64,000 bases of DNA. Source: Blastocatellales bacterium. Lineage in GTDB: Bacteria; Acidobacteriota; Blastocatellia; RBC074. Positions 52,904 to 63,553 of this stretch are shown one piece after another. Each line of letters opens with the position of its first letter. The stretch's first letter is position 1. The notes below the pieces were generated by a model that was given only the letters and a program-made list of their open reading frames with translations, did not search any database and was not told the origin of the DNA. The stretch is taken from positions 29 through 64,028 of the forward strand of contig JBFWUF010000015.1 in assembly GCA_050247435.1 (NCBI GenBank), read 5' to 3'. The translations under genes and the position numbers were made by a program.

Positions 52904-54184
52904 TCACTCGAATGCGGTAAGCCCGCCGATGTCCCGCCTGAACTGCATTCCATCGAACCGAATCTCACCAACCGATTTATAAACCCGCGTCGTCGCTTCT
53001 TCCAGCGTCGCTGCGCGCGCGGTCACGCCAAGCACGCGTCCGCCGGCGGTTTCCACTTCGCCGTTCGCGTTAAGCTTTGTTCCGGCGTGGAAGACGACAA
53101 CGCTTTCAACCTGTTCCGCTTCACCAATTCCCGTGATCGTTTTGCCGGTCGAGTAACTTCCCGGATAGCCCGCTGAAGCCATCACCACGCACGTTGTTGT
53201 TTCGCCGCTCCAGCGCGGCTTCACACCGGACAATCGCCCTTGCGCCACGGCCAGAGCTATCTCGGCGAAATCGCTGTCCAGGCGGCGCAGAATGGCCTGC
53301 GTCTCTGGGTCGCCGAAGCGCACGTTGTATTCGAGAGCCTTCGGGCCATCGTCGGTGAGCATCAGGCCGCAATACAACACGCCGCGGAACGGGAAGTCTT
53401 CGGCGCGCGCGGCTTCCAGCGTCGGCTCGACGACTTCGCGGAAGATCCGCCGTTCGAGTTCGGCGTCGAGCAATCCCGGCGTCGAGAAAGCGCCCATCCC
53501 GCCGGTGTTCGGCCCGAGATCGCCGTCGAACGCGCGTTTGTGATCCTGAGCGACGGGCATCGGCGCGTAATCCTTCCCGTCGCTGAAGACGAGGTATGAC
53601 AGTTCGCGCCCGGCCAGACACTCTTCGATGACTAGCCTCGCGCCCGCATCGCCCAATTTGCGGTCAACCAGCAAATCCTCAATCGCCCGCCGCGCCTGTG
53701 TTTCGTCTTCAGCGATGATCACGCCTTTGCCGGCGGCCAGCCCCTCGGCTTTCACCACTACGGGAAATTGGAAAGAGCCGTCGGTGACGGCTTTCAACGC
53801 GTCTTCGGCGTTGTCGGCGATCCGGTAGCGCGCGGTCGGGATGTTGTGGCGGGCCATGAACTCTTTGGCGAATACTTTGCTGCCTTCGAGCCTCGCCGCT
53901 GCCCGCGAGGGGCCGAAGACCACAACGCCGCGTTCAACGAGCGCGTCGGCCAGACCATCAACCAGTGGCTGTTCGGGGCCGACGACTACCAGATCAATCT
54001 TTTCGCGCGCGGCGAATTCGGCCATTGAATTGACGTCGCTGGCGTTCACAGCGGCGGCTGTCGTTTGTTTCAGGATGCCCGCGTTGGTAGTCGCGGAGTA
54101 AATTTGTTTGACGAGCGGGCTGCGGGCCAACGACCACACCAGCGCGTGCTCACGCCCGCCCGAACCGATCACGAAAACTTTCAT
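52904..54184 (-). CDS. purD: Phosphoribosylamine--glycine ligase
   Basis: [23 protein letters not shown]...; ATP-grasp. Confidence 0.9.
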   Translation of the reverse strand: MKVFVIGSGGREHALVWSLARSPLVKQIYSATTNAGILKQTTAAAVNASDVNSMAEFAAREKIDLVVVGPEQPLVDGLADALVERGVVVFGPSRAAARLEGSKVFAKEFMARHNIPTARYRIADNAEDALKAVTDGSFQFPVVVKAEGLAAGKGVIIAEDETQARRAIEDLLVDRKLGDAGARLVIEECLAGRELSYLVFSDGKDYAPMPVAQDHKRAFDGDLGPNTGGMGAFSTPGLLDAELERRIFREVVEPTLEAARAEDFPFRGVLYCGLMLTDDGPKALEYNVRFGDPETQAILRRLDSDFAEIALAVAQGRLSGVKPRWSGETTTCVVMASAGYPGSYSTGKTITGIGEAEQVESVVVFHAGTKLNANGEVETAGGRVLGVTARAATLEEATTRVYKSVGEIRFDGMQFRRDIGGLTAFE

Positions 54185-54275
54185 AATCTCCTTCAAACAT
54201 GGGAAATACGGATTTGTTGTGATGCGCGAAGAAGAGCGCAACTTTACCCTTTGGCGTTAAAACTTGAAAGCCGCG

Positions 54276-54350
54276 CCTGGGAGCGCACGCATCCTTGCGT
54301 GCTGGTTTTCTGCCGTAAGCCCAGCACGCAAGGATGCGTGCGCTCCCAGG
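54276..54350. repeat. Palindromic element, copy D: perfect 30-bp inverted repeat CCTGGGAGCGCACGCATCCTTGCGTGCTGG around a 15-bp loop, followed by a partial direct duplicate of the terminus (CGCTTGCTCCCAGG, to 54364)
   Basis: Read directly. It lies upstream of purD, between purD and rpsU. Confidence 0.85.
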
Positions 54351-54534
54351 CGCTTGCTCCCAGGCGCTTGACAGTTTGCAGGGCCGAAAGCTAAGGTTGC
54401 GGTTCGCTTCACCAGCGCCGTCGCCCGCATGGCGTCCCAACAATCTCGAATGGCTAATTCGGTCAACGAGAATGCCCGGCGAACGCGCGGTGAAACTTCC
54501 AATCGCAGACATTTGAAAGGCAGGTGAGAAGTAA

Positions 54535-54732
54535 GTGGCAGAAATCAAACTCGGCGATAACGAGACGCTGGAGAGCGCGCTCCGCCGGTTCAAGCGCAAA
54601 GTGCAACAGGAAGACATCATCCGCGAAGTCAAACGGCACGCCTTCTATGTTCCACCTGGAGAGAAAGCCCGCCTGAAATCGGCGCTGGCTCGCAAACGCA
54701 ACCGCAAAAAATACCGCCGCATACCTGAATAG
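54535..54732 (+). CDS. rpsU: 30S ribosomal protein S21
   Basis: MAEIKLGDNETLESALRRFKRKVQQEDIIREVKRHAFYVPPGEKARLK... Confidence 0.9.
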   Translation: MAEIKLGDNETLESALRRFKRKVQQEDIIREVKRHAFYVPPGEKARLKSALARKRNRKKYRRIPE

Positions 54733-54782
54733 CCTCGGAGAGTGAAATCCGCAGGGCAAGGTATCGGCCATATTCGTAAAAA

Positions 54783-54823
54783 CAAAGGCCGCGGAATGAC
54801 GCCATCCGCGGCCTTTGTTTTTT
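54783..54823 (+). terminator. Rho-independent terminator of rpsU (CAAAGGCCGCGGA...TCCGCGGCCTTTG followed by TTTTTT)
   Basis: Perfect 13-bp stem plus a U-tract. Confidence 0.85.
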
Positions 54824-55006
54824 CATCACTCGTCTTGCGGCGACAGCATCAACCGAACAGCGTGGCCAAACAGCAACAAACCTGCACGGGTCTTTAATCT
54901 CCATTCGGCAGCCGTCATTGTCGAGGAAGCGTTTACGAGCCGTTTCGGCGCGACTGCGAAAATGGCTCACGGATTGCTTTATTCCTGCTTCATCAATTGA
55001 ACAACT

Positions 55007-55888
55007 TTGAGAGGAACTCCCCGCTTGAGCAAACAGACAACGATTGGCTCCAGTTTCAGCGCGAGTGGAACCGGGCTTCATTCAAACTCACCAGTCAACG
55101 TCACGGTAAAGCCCGCGCCGGCCCACACCGGTTATGTCTTCCGTCGCACCGACCTCAACGACTTCGAGATTCCCGCCTCGCCGGATCACGTGACGCACGT
55201 CAGTTACGCCACGACGTTGATGAAATCGGGAGTGATGATCTCCACGGTCGAGCACCTGCTTTCGGCTCTGATGGGCTGCGGCGTGGACAACGCGATCATC
55301 GAGGTTGATTCGCTGGAGGCGCCGATCCTGGACGGCAGCAGCGGGCAGTGGGTGAAATTGATCGAACAAGTGGGCATAGTCGAGTTACAGGCGCCGCGAG
55401 CTTATCTGCGCGTGCTCAAGCGCGTCGAGGTCAGCGAGAAGGATCGCGTGATGTCAATTGAACCAGCCGATGAATTCCGCATCACCTGCGAGATTGACTT
55501 CAACCATCCGATGATCGGCTTGCAACGGCGCGAGATCAGCATTCGAGCAAGCGAATATTCAAGAGAGATTGCCCCCGCCCGCACGTTCGGTTTCGTGGAA
55601 GAGATCGAGATGTTGCGGCAGAACGGCCTGGCGCGCGGCGGCTCGCTCGAAAACGCAATCGCGTTGACGCGCGATGGCATTCTCAACCCGGAGCCTCTGC
55701 GGTTCGACGATGAGTTCGTGCGCCACAAAATTCTGGACATCATCGGCGACCTGGCGCTGGCCGGGATGCCGGTGCTGGGCCACGTGCGCGCGTCGCGTTC
55801 CGGGCACGGGCTGCACACGATGCTGCTTTCGACTTTGCTGCGCGATCGTGAGGCGTGGGAGGTAGTGAATGGAGGCGAGAATCCTTGA
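55007..55888 (+). CDS. lpxC: UDP-3-O-acyl-N-acetylglucosamine deacetylase LpxC (a TTG start at 55025 with a GAGAGGAA RBS is possible)
   Basis: GTGLHSNSP...TVKPAPAHTGYVFRRTDL...ISTVEHLLSALMGCGVDN...RTFGF...HKILD...GH, collinear with E. coli LpxC. Confidence 0.9.
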   Translation: MRGTPRLSKQTTIGSSFSASGTGLHSNSPVNVTVKPAPAHTGYVFRRTDLNDFEIPASPDHVTHVSYATTLMKSGVMISTVEHLLSALMGCGVDNAIIEVDSLEAPILDGSSGQWVKLIEQVGIVELQAPRAYLRVLKRVEVSEKDRVMSIEPADEFRITCEIDFNHPMIGLQRREISIRASEYSREIAPARTFGFVEEIEMLRQNGLARGGSLENAIALTRDGILNPEPLRFDDEFVRHKILDIIGDLALAGMPVLGHVRASRSGHGLHTMLLSTLLRDREAWEVVNGGENP

Positions 55889-55956
55889 TAACTTCAGCGG
55901 TAAAGTTCCTCTTGAGTCGCAAGTCGAATGATCATAAAACATTCGCCCGCCCTCTT

Positions 55957-56505
55957 TCACTTGGCTGCCGCCGGAGGTGTTCGATCCTTGATGACCCTAC
56001 CCGCGCTCACGAATGAAATCCCTTGCTGGGAAGCCGTGCTGATCATGACAGCCTCGACCACAGGCGCCGTCACCTCGATGCCCGCGCTCCATTCCACAAT
56101 AAAATTGGCGCCCGCCCCACCGCTCGTATCATCCTGTTCCACCACAAAGTCGGTGGAAGCCATGGGGGCCAGGCGGAGCGGCGCCTTTACGTACTCTCTC
56201 AGCAACGCGCCATTCGTATCGTAATAACGCGCCGAGTTAATGCGGATTGGGTTTTGCGCATCCGTATTCCGGATGCTGAGTGTGGCGGCAAGGTTGATCA
56301 CCCGGCTTTTATCCCGGATATAGATGTGCGAATAGACGGGAACGTAGACCGTCTGGCCCACGATCTGGTTTTCATTCTCTTCTTTGGAGATTGTGGGCCG
56401 CGTCTCCACAGGCGCCGTTTGAGACACGGCTTGCCGCTCCGCTTGCCGCGATGCGCAGGAGGTCAAGACTAGAATATGCAGTATCACCGCAACAATCTTT
56501 ATCAT
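55957..56505 (-). CDS. Small lipoprotein (LTSC lipobox), DUF3124-like, translationally coupled to the upstream antiporter gene
   Basis: Signal peptide + Cys; 4-bp overlap with the 56502 gene. Confidence 0.5.
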   Translation of the reverse strand: MIKIVAVILHILVLTSCASRQAERQAVSQTAPVETRPTISKEENENQIVGQTVYVPVYSHIYIRDKSRVINLAATLSIRNTDAQNPIRINSARYYDTNGALLREYVKAPLRLAPMASTDFVVEQDDTSGGAGANFIVEWSAGIEVTAPVVEAVMISTASQQGISFVSAGRVIKDRTPPAAAK

Positions 56506-58514
56506 TTTACCCCTCCACCGCCTCCCGATGTGACCAGGACTTTTTGAGCCTCATTGAGCTGCTCCTCATTGCCGACAAGTCCCATCAGGTCATCGGCTTG
56601 TAAAACGGCCCCTGGCTCGGGGTTGGTTATCAACTCCCGATCACGCATTATGGCGACAACCGACGCGCCGGTTGTCGTCCGCAAGTTCGCCTCGGCCAGC
56701 GACCGGCCTACCAGCGGGTTGCCGGTTTCCAGCCGCAGCCAGGTGAGGCCGATGTTATCGCTGGCGCTCAACAGGTCCTGCAATAGTTGCCGTTCCTGTT
56801 CTGTGTTGATGCTCGAATCGTAATAATCGCCGCGCACGGCATCCGCGTATTCCTGTACTTTGCTTATGGGGAAACCGAGTTGCAGCAGCGTCCGGCGCAC
56901 GATTTGTAACCCGCCCTCGAGTTCCGGATGAATCACCTGTTGCGCCCCCAGCGATGCCAGGCTTCTCACTCCTGCGTCCGTCGCCGCGCGGGCGATGATC
57001 GGCAGGTGGGGGGCCTCATCTCGCGCCGCGGCTACGATCACTCCCGTCGTCGCTTCTTCAGGGATCGTCACCACGAGCAGGCACGCGCGTCTCAACCCGG
57101 CATGCGCCAGCACTTCTGAGTTGCCCGCATCACCATACAGCGTAGGCATACCCCGCGCGTCCAACTCTTCAATCCGCAAGGCGTCCGAATCTATCACCAG
57201 GCGGGGAACGTTGAGCTGGCCCAGGACATTGACTATGTGCTGCCCTACTCGTCCGTATCCGATGACCACCACATGATTGGAAAGAGGCTCCACCACTGGA
57301 GCGCGAGCCGGTCCATGACGATCCATCCACTTCCAAATCGTCGGGAACTTTTTCAGCCACTTCTCCACCAGGCTGACCGAGCGGAACATGAGCGGATTGA
57401 CCGTGATGGACAGCAACGCGCCGGCGAGTATCAATGAATATTGGTCTTGATTGAGCAGTCCCAAAGATAAACCCGATTGACCCAGGATGAAGGAAAACTC
57501 TCCGATCTGGCTGAGGCCTGCCGCAACCACCAGAAAGGTGCGGGCCGGGCGTCGAATCAGAAAGCCCAAAAGAACGGTCAGAACATACTTGCCGAGTACG
57601 ATCAATGCCGTCAGCGCCAAAACCGATCCGATGTTACTCGCCAGATACCGCAGATTGACCAGCATCCCAATCGAGACGAAAAACAAGACGGAGAAGGCCT
57701 CGCGAAACGGCAGAAGGTCAGCGCTCACCTGATGGCTGAGCGGCGATTCGCCGACGACCACTCCGGCGACGAAAGCCCCCAGAGCCAGCGAAACGCCAAA
57801 TAATTCCGCCGCTCCCAGAGCCGTCCCTAAAGAGATGGCCAGCACCGCCAGGATGAACAACTCACGCGAACCGGTGCGGGCGACGCCGAGCAATATCCAG
57901 GGAATCAGTTTTTTACCGACGAATAACAGAATCCCGACGAAGACCGCCGCTTTGAGCAATGTCAATCCGAGGGTAACCCAATCAATTCCCCCTGTCTCCG
58001 CGGCCATCCCCGGCATGAGAATCAGGATAAAGATGGTCGCCAGGTCTTCGAATACCAGCCACCCGATTGCCGCCTGGCCGTGCGGCGTGTTGAGCAGGCC
58101 GTTATCCATCAACCCTCTGATCAGGACAACCGTGCTGGCCACCGAGATGGCCAGCCCCAACACGAGGCCCGCCGGTTTAGACCAACCCCAGGTTTGGGTC
58201 AGCCAGTAACCCAGCACGGTCGCAATAATCGTCTGGCCGAGCGCGCCCGGGATCGCAATATCCCTCACCTTCCAGAGGTCGCTGAGAGAAAAATGCAGGC
58301 CGACGCCGAACATCAAAAAGATCACTCCCAGTTCGGCCAACTGGCTGACGGTATCAACATCCCCCACAAAGCCGGGCGTGAATGGGCCGATGGCAATCCC
58401 CGCCAGCATATATCCGACAATCGTTGGAAAGCCGATTCGACTGGCGATCACTCCGCCAACGAACGCCAGGACCAGGGCGACAGCGATGTTAATAAGTAGC
58501 GGTAATTCGTGCAT
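56502..58514 (-). CDS. CPA2-family cation:proton antiporter (KefB/YbaL-like) with C-terminal RCK/TrkA-N and TrkA-C domains
   Basis: 13-TM N-terminal domain; VVIGYGRVGQHIVNVL Rossmann motif. Confidence 0.8.
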   Translation of the reverse strand: MHELPLLINIAVALVLAFVGGVIASRIGFPTIVGYMLAGIAIGPFTPGFVGDVDTVSQLAELGVIFLMFGVGLHFSLSDLWKVRDIAIPGALGQTIIATVLGYWLTQTWGWSKPAGLVLGLAISVASTVVLIRGLMDNGLLNTPHGQAAIGWLVFEDLATIFILILMPGMAAETGGIDWVTLGLTLLKAAVFVGILLFVGKKLIPWILLGVARTGSRELFILAVLAISLGTALGAAELFGVSLALGAFVAGVVVGESPLSHQVSADLLPFREAFSVLFFVSIGMLVNLRYLASNIGSVLALTALIVLGKYVLTVLLGFLIRRPARTFLVVAAGLSQIGEFSFILGQSGLSLGLLNQDQYSLILAGALLSITVNPLMFRSVSLVEKWLKKFPTIWKWMDRHGPARAPVVEPLSNHVVVIGYGRVGQHIVNVLGQLNVPRLVIDSDALRIEELDARGMPTLYGDAGNSEVLAHAGLRRACLLVVTIPEEATTGVIVAAARDEAPHLPIIARAATDAGVRSLASLGAQQVIHPELEGGLQIVRRTLLQLGFPISKVQEYADAVRGDYYDSSINTEQERQLLQDLLSASDNIGLTWLRLETGNPLVGRSLAEANLRTTTGASVVAIMRDRELITNPEPGAVLQADDLMGLVGNEEQLNEAQKVLVTSGGGGGVK

Positions 58515-58586
58515 GCGGCCTCATCCAATCTACAATCGCTCAATTTCTTGCAACCATTCAATATTACATTTAGCGCGCTACCTGAA

Positions 58587-60938
58587 TTACTTCGCGCGAA
58601 ACACCGGCGATGTCAGCCGCGCCGGCAGCAAGACCAAATCTTCAACCAAGCATCCGATGATCGTCACCGCCGAAAGCAGTCCGAAAGAGGCCACCGGTTT
58701 GAAATTCGAGAAGAAGAAGATTGCGAATGTCGCGGCCAGCGCGATGTTCGCGTAAATGATCGGGCGGCCTGAGAGCCGCATGCTTTCCAGTATCGCTTCC
58801 CGCAATTCCGGGGTTTCGGCCTGCACGCGGCGGAAACGCACGATGAACTGTACGGCGTTGTCCACGGCCAATCCCAGCACCACGCTCGCTACGAGGCTCG
58901 TCGTTAGATTCAGTTCGATGCCGCGCCAGCCCATGAAACCGAAGAAGAACAAGACGGGAATCAGGTTGGGCACCAGCGCTGTGAAACCAACGCGCAATGA
59001 GCCAAACAGCAGCGCGAGCATCAGGTAGATCGCCACGAGCGCGATGGTCACGCTCTGCACTTGTTCGCCAGCGATCTGATCCGACGTGAGATTGAGCAGT
59101 ACGAAGGTTCCGGTGGCGAAGACTCTGAAATCGGGCAGCAACTCGCGGCCCTTCGCTTCAACTTCTCTGATCGCCCCGGCCATCGCCTGCGAACCTGAAA
59201 GATTTGATCGGATGAGTATCCGCGCGCTCCGGCCATCCGGCGCGAGAAACGCGCGAAACTGGCTGCCGTCGGAAAGCAGTTCACCGAGGACATTTTCGTC
59301 GGCGGGCAGCTCGTAATGCCGCTCGTCGTTGTCGTGAAAAGCGCGGTTGGCGTGTTTGACGAAATCCACGACGGACAATGCGCGGTCAATGCCCTGCCCG
59401 CTCGCGTTCTTCCGCGTTTCGGCGAAGGTCTGAAGCTGGGCGATTCGCCGCAGAACATCAGGCTTTTCGATGGCGCCTGCGCTCTTCCCTTCGACGATAA
59501 TGTCGAAGCTTACAGCCCCTGACAACCGTTTGTTGATCTCGGCCAAGCCGATGGTCGTCTCGGAATTCGGTTTGAAGAAATGGAAATAGTCTATGTCAAT
59601 CACGATGCGGCTGACGCCGACGGCGCTGACGACAACGATGATCGCAGTCAGAATGTAGAGCAGAGTCTGGTTCGACGTGGCCCATCGCCCTACGCCTTCG
59701 AGCAGTTTGACCATGCCGCCAGTAAGCCCGATGCGGAACGCAATCGCCCGCTCGCCCATCAACATCAGCACAGCCGGAATGAACGTCAGCGAAAGCATCA
59801 TCGTAAACGCCGCGCCAATCGCCGAATAAATGGCCGTGGTGCGAATCGCCGGAATTGTCGTGAAGGCCAGCGACATGAATCCCGCGATGATCGTCAGGGC
59901 CGAAACGACCACGGGCAGGCTGATGAACCTGAGAGCCTCTTCGATTGCGGATTGCGGATTGCGGATTGCGGATTGTTTGTCGCGGATTGCGGATTGGCTG
60001 GCCGGGTCATTCCGCATTTCGCATTCCGCATTCCGCATTCGGCGATATGAGATTCCGATCTGGTTGACGACGTGAACCATGTACGAACAGCCGATGGCCA
60101 GCATCACCGTGGGCAGCATCAAAGCCAGGATCGTGAAGTGGGCTTCAAAATAGCCCATCAGCCCCATCAGCCACAGCAGCCCGATGCCGATAGTTCCCAG
60201 TGGCAACGCGACCGCGACAAACGACCGGAAACAGAGCCAAAGCAACAACGCGATCAGGAGTAGGGTTAGCGGGAGGAAAACGCGCAGGTCGCTTTTGACC
60301 GCTTCCGTCGCGCGCCACTGCGAAAACGGATCGCCCGCGAAATAGACCTGGTCGAATCCGGCGTTGCGCGCTGCCTCATAAATCTGTTCGGTGATCACAT
60401 GCCGCGCCGCCGTGGGCAAGTCCGACTTGAGCAGGATGTTCAATGCGGCGGTGCGGGAATCGGCTGAAACAAGGTTTCCAACGTAGAGCCTGTCGGTGGT
60501 CGCCATCCGTCGGACTTCATCAATGCTCACGCCGCCCACTTCGGGGCCGTCTTCCGCAAACTCGCCGGGCATCAGCCTTTCCGCCGAAACCACGCCGTCA
60601 ACGCTTCGCGCGTAAGGCGCATTGACCAAACTCAGAACTTCGGCCACGCCTTTCGTTTTCGTGATCTGTTCGTGCAGCTTTCTCAGACGCGCGATGGCAG
60701 CCGGGGCGAACACGTCGTCGCAAACGACGGCGGCCACAAGGTAATCATCCGCGCCGAAATTCCTGCGCGCGCTCTCGAAATCGGTTCTTTCCTGGCTTCC
60801 CTGCCCGACAAACCCAAGCGGCGAGACGTCAAGCTGCACACCTCGCCGTAACCCGAAGCCGAAGAGTGCGCTCAACACAACGACCGCCGAGATGATCGCC
60901 AGCGGGCGCCGGACTATGAAGACGATGAATTGGCTCAT
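58587..60938 (-). CDS. MMPL/RND-superfamily exporter (12 TM, two large periplasmic loops), containing a heptamer-repeat-encoded insertion (...AECEMRNDPASQSAIRDKQSAIRNPQSAIEE...)
   Basis: 783 aa, hydropathy profile, MMPL-like motifs. Overlaps the LolA-like gene by 4 bp. Confidence 0.75.
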   Translation of the reverse strand: MSQFIVFIVRRPLAIISAVVVLSALFGFGLRRGVQLDVSPLGFVGQGSQERTDFESARRNFGADDYLVAAVVCDDVFAPAAIARLRKLHEQITKTKGVAEVLSLVNAPYARSVDGVVSAERLMPGEFAEDGPEVGGVSIDEVRRMATTDRLYVGNLVSADSRTAALNILLKSDLPTAARHVITEQIYEAARNAGFDQVYFAGDPFSQWRATEAVKSDLRVFLPLTLLLIALLLWLCFRSFVAVALPLGTIGIGLLWLMGLMGYFEAHFTILALMLPTVMLAIGCSYMVHVVNQIGISYRRMRNAECEMRNDPASQSAIRDKQSAIRNPQSAIEEALRFISLPVVVSALTIIAGFMSLAFTTIPAIRTTAIYSAIGAAFTMMLSLTFIPAVLMLMGERAIAFRIGLTGGMVKLLEGVGRWATSNQTLLYILTAIIVVVSAVGVSRIVIDIDYFHFFKPNSETTIGLAEINKRLSGAVSFDIIVEGKSAGAIEKPDVLRRIAQLQTFAETRKNASGQGIDRALSVVDFVKHANRAFHDNDERHYELPADENVLGELLSDGSQFRAFLAPDGRSARILIRSNLSGSQAMAGAIREVEAKGRELLPDFRVFATGTFVLLNLTSDQIAGEQVQSVTIALVAIYLMLALLFGSLRVGFTALVPNLIPVLFFFGFMGWRGIELNLTTSLVASVVLGLAVDNAVQFIVRFRRVQAETPELREAILESMRLSGRPIIYANIALAATFAIFFFSNFKPVASFGLLSAVTIIGCLVEDLVLLPARLTSPVFRAK
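59942..60044. repeat. Heptamer microsatellites forming an imperfect palindrome: (CGGATTG)x4, a diverged unit, (CGGATTG)x2, then an 11-bp spacer and (CATTYCG)x5; inside the MMPL coding sequence
   Basis: Read directly. (CATTCCG) is nearly the reverse complement of (CGGATTG). Confidence 0.9.
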
Positions 60939-61789
60939 TGTTGGTCGAGTTTGCGAACCGCGGCGCTGATGAAACTTTTCAGGCGCTCTTCGGTGAAAAG
61001 ACTGTCTGGAAGGCCGCGATCGTATTCGATCTTGCGAGTTTCGACTTTGACATTGAGCTTCTGCTGAAGGTCTTCAATCGCCAGACGGGTGATCGTCTGT
61101 CGGTTCTGAATCGGTTTGACCTCCTCGATCTTCACTCGCTTCTGCAATTCGTCCCGCGCGTCGTAAAGTTCGAACTTCGCCGGACTCTGATCTTTTTCGC
61201 GGAAGAAGCCGACGATGCGCGGGTAGGCCAGATTGCGCCACGACTTCTCCTTGAACTCGACTTTGATCAACGACTCTCCGTCCGCATTCACTCGTTCGCC
61301 CGCGCCGTGGTCGTATTGGCCAAGCTCCATCGCCAACATCTCCTGCACGGTGATTTTAGCGCCGTGAAAACCGAGTTGTCTGTCAGAGTTGATTTTGGTG
61401 AGCTTTCTCAATCCGGCGAGATAGGAGAAGGCTTGCGTGGGTTGATCGGCCTCTTCTACCGCGAGCAGAGCTTTGTTGGTGTCCGCGAGCGGCGCGATGA
61501 CGGAAAGGAATGTCAAGGCGCGGTTCCCAGCGTACTTTCGCTGCACTCTGAATTCAACGCGCTCGCGCTTGCCGTTTCCGCCTTCGGACACCATCCGCAT
61601 CTCGGCGGTGAAGTCCTTGCATCCGTCCTGCGTGATCATCCGTTTGACCATCGCGTTAACGTCGGGCAATGGCGCGGGTGTAGTTGATGGGTTAGCGTAT
61701 GCGTTCTCGTTCGATGTCGAGCCGCCGCCGCCGCAACTGCACAGCAGCGCGCATAGCAAAACCAGGGGGACAACTTTGTTGGGGTGCAT
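60935..61789 (-). CDS. LolA-like outer-membrane lipoprotein-sorting / DUF-family lipoprotein partner of the MMPL exporter
   Basis: Lipobox LLCSCGGG; 284 aa; operonic with the MMPL gene. Confidence 0.55.
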   Translation of the reverse strand: MHPNKVVPLVLLCALLCSCGGGGSTSNENAYANPSTTPAPLPDVNAMVKRMITQDGCKDFTAEMRMVSEGGNGKRERVEFRVQRKYAGNRALTFLSVIAPLADTNKALLAVEEADQPTQAFSYLAGLRKLTKINSDRQLGFHGAKITVQEMLAMELGQYDHGAGERVNADGESLIKVEFKEKSWRNLAYPRIVGFFREKDQSPAKFELYDARDELQKRVKIEEVKPIQNRQTITRLAIEDLQQKLNVKVETRKIEYDRGLPDSLFTEERLKSFISAAVRKLDQQ

Positions 61790-61805
61790 TTATCTCTCCG
61801 AATTA

Positions 61806-62396
61806 TTATTTGCTCTCGCCAGCGTCGAATTTGACCCTGCGGTAGATTTCCCTCAAGGACAGTTCGCAATCGCAGGAGGCGAGTTTGACGACATCTTCCA
61901 GCGCATTGAACTCGCGGTGAAGCCAGAATCCGTCGCCTTGTTTGATGAATTGCGAAACGTTCGGGCCGTCTTGTGAGATCAGCAGGTACTCAATGAAGCT
62001 CGGAATTGATTTGTAATGAGTGAACTTCTTGCCGCGATCTCTGGCTTCGGTGGACTTCGATAGAATTTCAATGATCAGAGCCGGATTGATCAACGCGTCA
62101 ACACCGTCAATAACTTCAAACTGCGGTTCGCCGCAAAGCGCTGATACGTCGCCGTAACGATAAGGCGGCAGGCTCGGAACCTTGATGCGCATGTCAGCGG
62201 GGAAAACACGGCATCCACGTTCTGACAAACGCGCGTCGAGAGAAACTATCAGGTTCACTTCAATCTGACTGTGCTCATCGCTCACGCCGCTCATCGAGAA
62301 CACTTCGCCATCCCAATATTCAAGCCTTTCATCCGAGTTCCGATCCATCTCCAAATATTCTTCCAGCGTGTAACGTAATTTCGGTTGCGCTGACAT
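61806..62396 (-). CDS. Uma2-family (DUF820) endonuclease
   Basis: YTLEEYLEMDRNSDERLEYWDGEV...PALIIEILSKST... characteristic of the Uma2/PD-(D/E)xK family. Confidence 0.7.
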   Translation of the reverse strand: MSAQPKLRYTLEEYLEMDRNSDERLEYWDGEVFSMSGVSDEHSQIEVNLIVSLDARLSERGCRVFPADMRIKVPSLPPYRYGDVSALCGEPQFEVIDGVDALINPALIIEILSKSTEARDRGKKFTHYKSIPSFIEYLLISQDGPNVSQFIKQGDGFWLHREFNALEDVVKLASCDCELSLREIYRRVKFDAGESK

Positions 62397-62578
62397 GGTT
62401 TGATTCTCCTTCGTTGCGGGTGGCCGCTAGAGTACCGCAACCCGCTCGAAACACTCAATGCCGCGATCATCATTAACAGCCTCGCGGCATTTGTTTTCTT
62501 CATATTTTGCATTCGCCGGTCGCGTGGTATGATGCGTCTCCCATAAACCGCAATATTTAATTTAAAGGCAAAATTTCA

Positions 62579-63553
62579 ATGTCCCAACCGATCTATCTGG
62601 TGACCGGCGCGCACGGCTTCATCGGAGCCTGGGTAGTAAAGCGGCTGCTCGCGTCGAATTTCAACGTAGTCATCTTCGATAAAAGTCCCGATCCACATCG
62701 TCTGCGTTTGATCATGGACGACGACGAAATCGAACGGGCGGCGTTCGCCGCGGGCGACATCACCGACGCCGACGCCGTCTCGCAAATCGTCGAGCAGCGC
62801 GAGGTCACAAACATCATTCATCTGGCCGGGTTGCAGGTTCCTACCTGTCGCGCCAATCCGCGCCTGGGCGCGATGGTCAACGTGATAGGCGCGATAAACG
62901 TCTTCGAGGCCGCGAAAAATTCCGGCGGGCGCGTCAAAAGAATCGCTTACGCCAGTTCAGCCGCCGTCTTCGGCAAGAACGACGGCGCGGTGACCGAAGC
63001 CCAGGCAGGCGGGATGAACACGCATTACGGCGCGTTCAAACGCTGCAACGAAGACAACGCGCGGGTCTATTTTCTGGATAACGGCATTAACAGCGTTGGG
63101 CTTCGCCCATTGACTGTATACGGCGCCGGGCGCGACACGGGGATGACTTCCGATCCGACAAAGGCGATGAAGGCCGCGGTTGCCGGACGCCCGTTTCACA
63201 TCCGCTTCGGCGGCAAGACGGATTTTCTCTACGTCGCTGATTGCGCCGACGCGTTCATCCGCGCGGCTTCGGCCAATCTGGAAGGCGCGCACGCCTTCAA
63301 TTCGCACGGCGAGACCGTCGAGGTCGAGGCTGTCGTCGAAGAGATCGAGAAGCTGATTCCGTCGGCGAAAGGCCTGATCACTTTCGATCCGACGCCGCTG
63401 GCGCTGCCGCCCGAACTGGACGATTCTGCGATTGTCCGCGCGCTCGGCGACATCCCGCACACTTCACTTGCCCAGGGCGCGAAAGAGACGATTGAGCGCT
63501 TCGGACGCCTCCACCGCGAAGACAGACTCGACACGAGCGATTTAGACCAATGA
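62579..63553 (+). CDS. NAD-dependent epimerase/dehydratase (extended SDR)
   Basis: [16 protein letters not shown] Rossmann motif; YxxxK. Confidence 0.8.
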   Translation: MSQPIYLVTGAHGFIGAWVVKRLLASNFNVVIFDKSPDPHRLRLIMDDDEIERAAFAAGDITDADAVSQIVEQREVTNIIHLAGLQVPTCRANPRLGAMVNVIGAINVFEAAKNSGGRVKRIAYASSAAVFGKNDGAVTEAQAGGMNTHYGAFKRCNEDNARVYFLDNGINSVGLRPLTVYGAGRDTGMTSDPTKAMKAAVAGRPFHIRFGGKTDFLYVADCADAFIRAASANLEGAHAFNSHGETVEVEAVVEEIEKLIPSAKGLITFDPTPLALPPELDDSAIVRALGDIPHTSLAQGAKETIERFGRLHREDRLDTSDLDQ

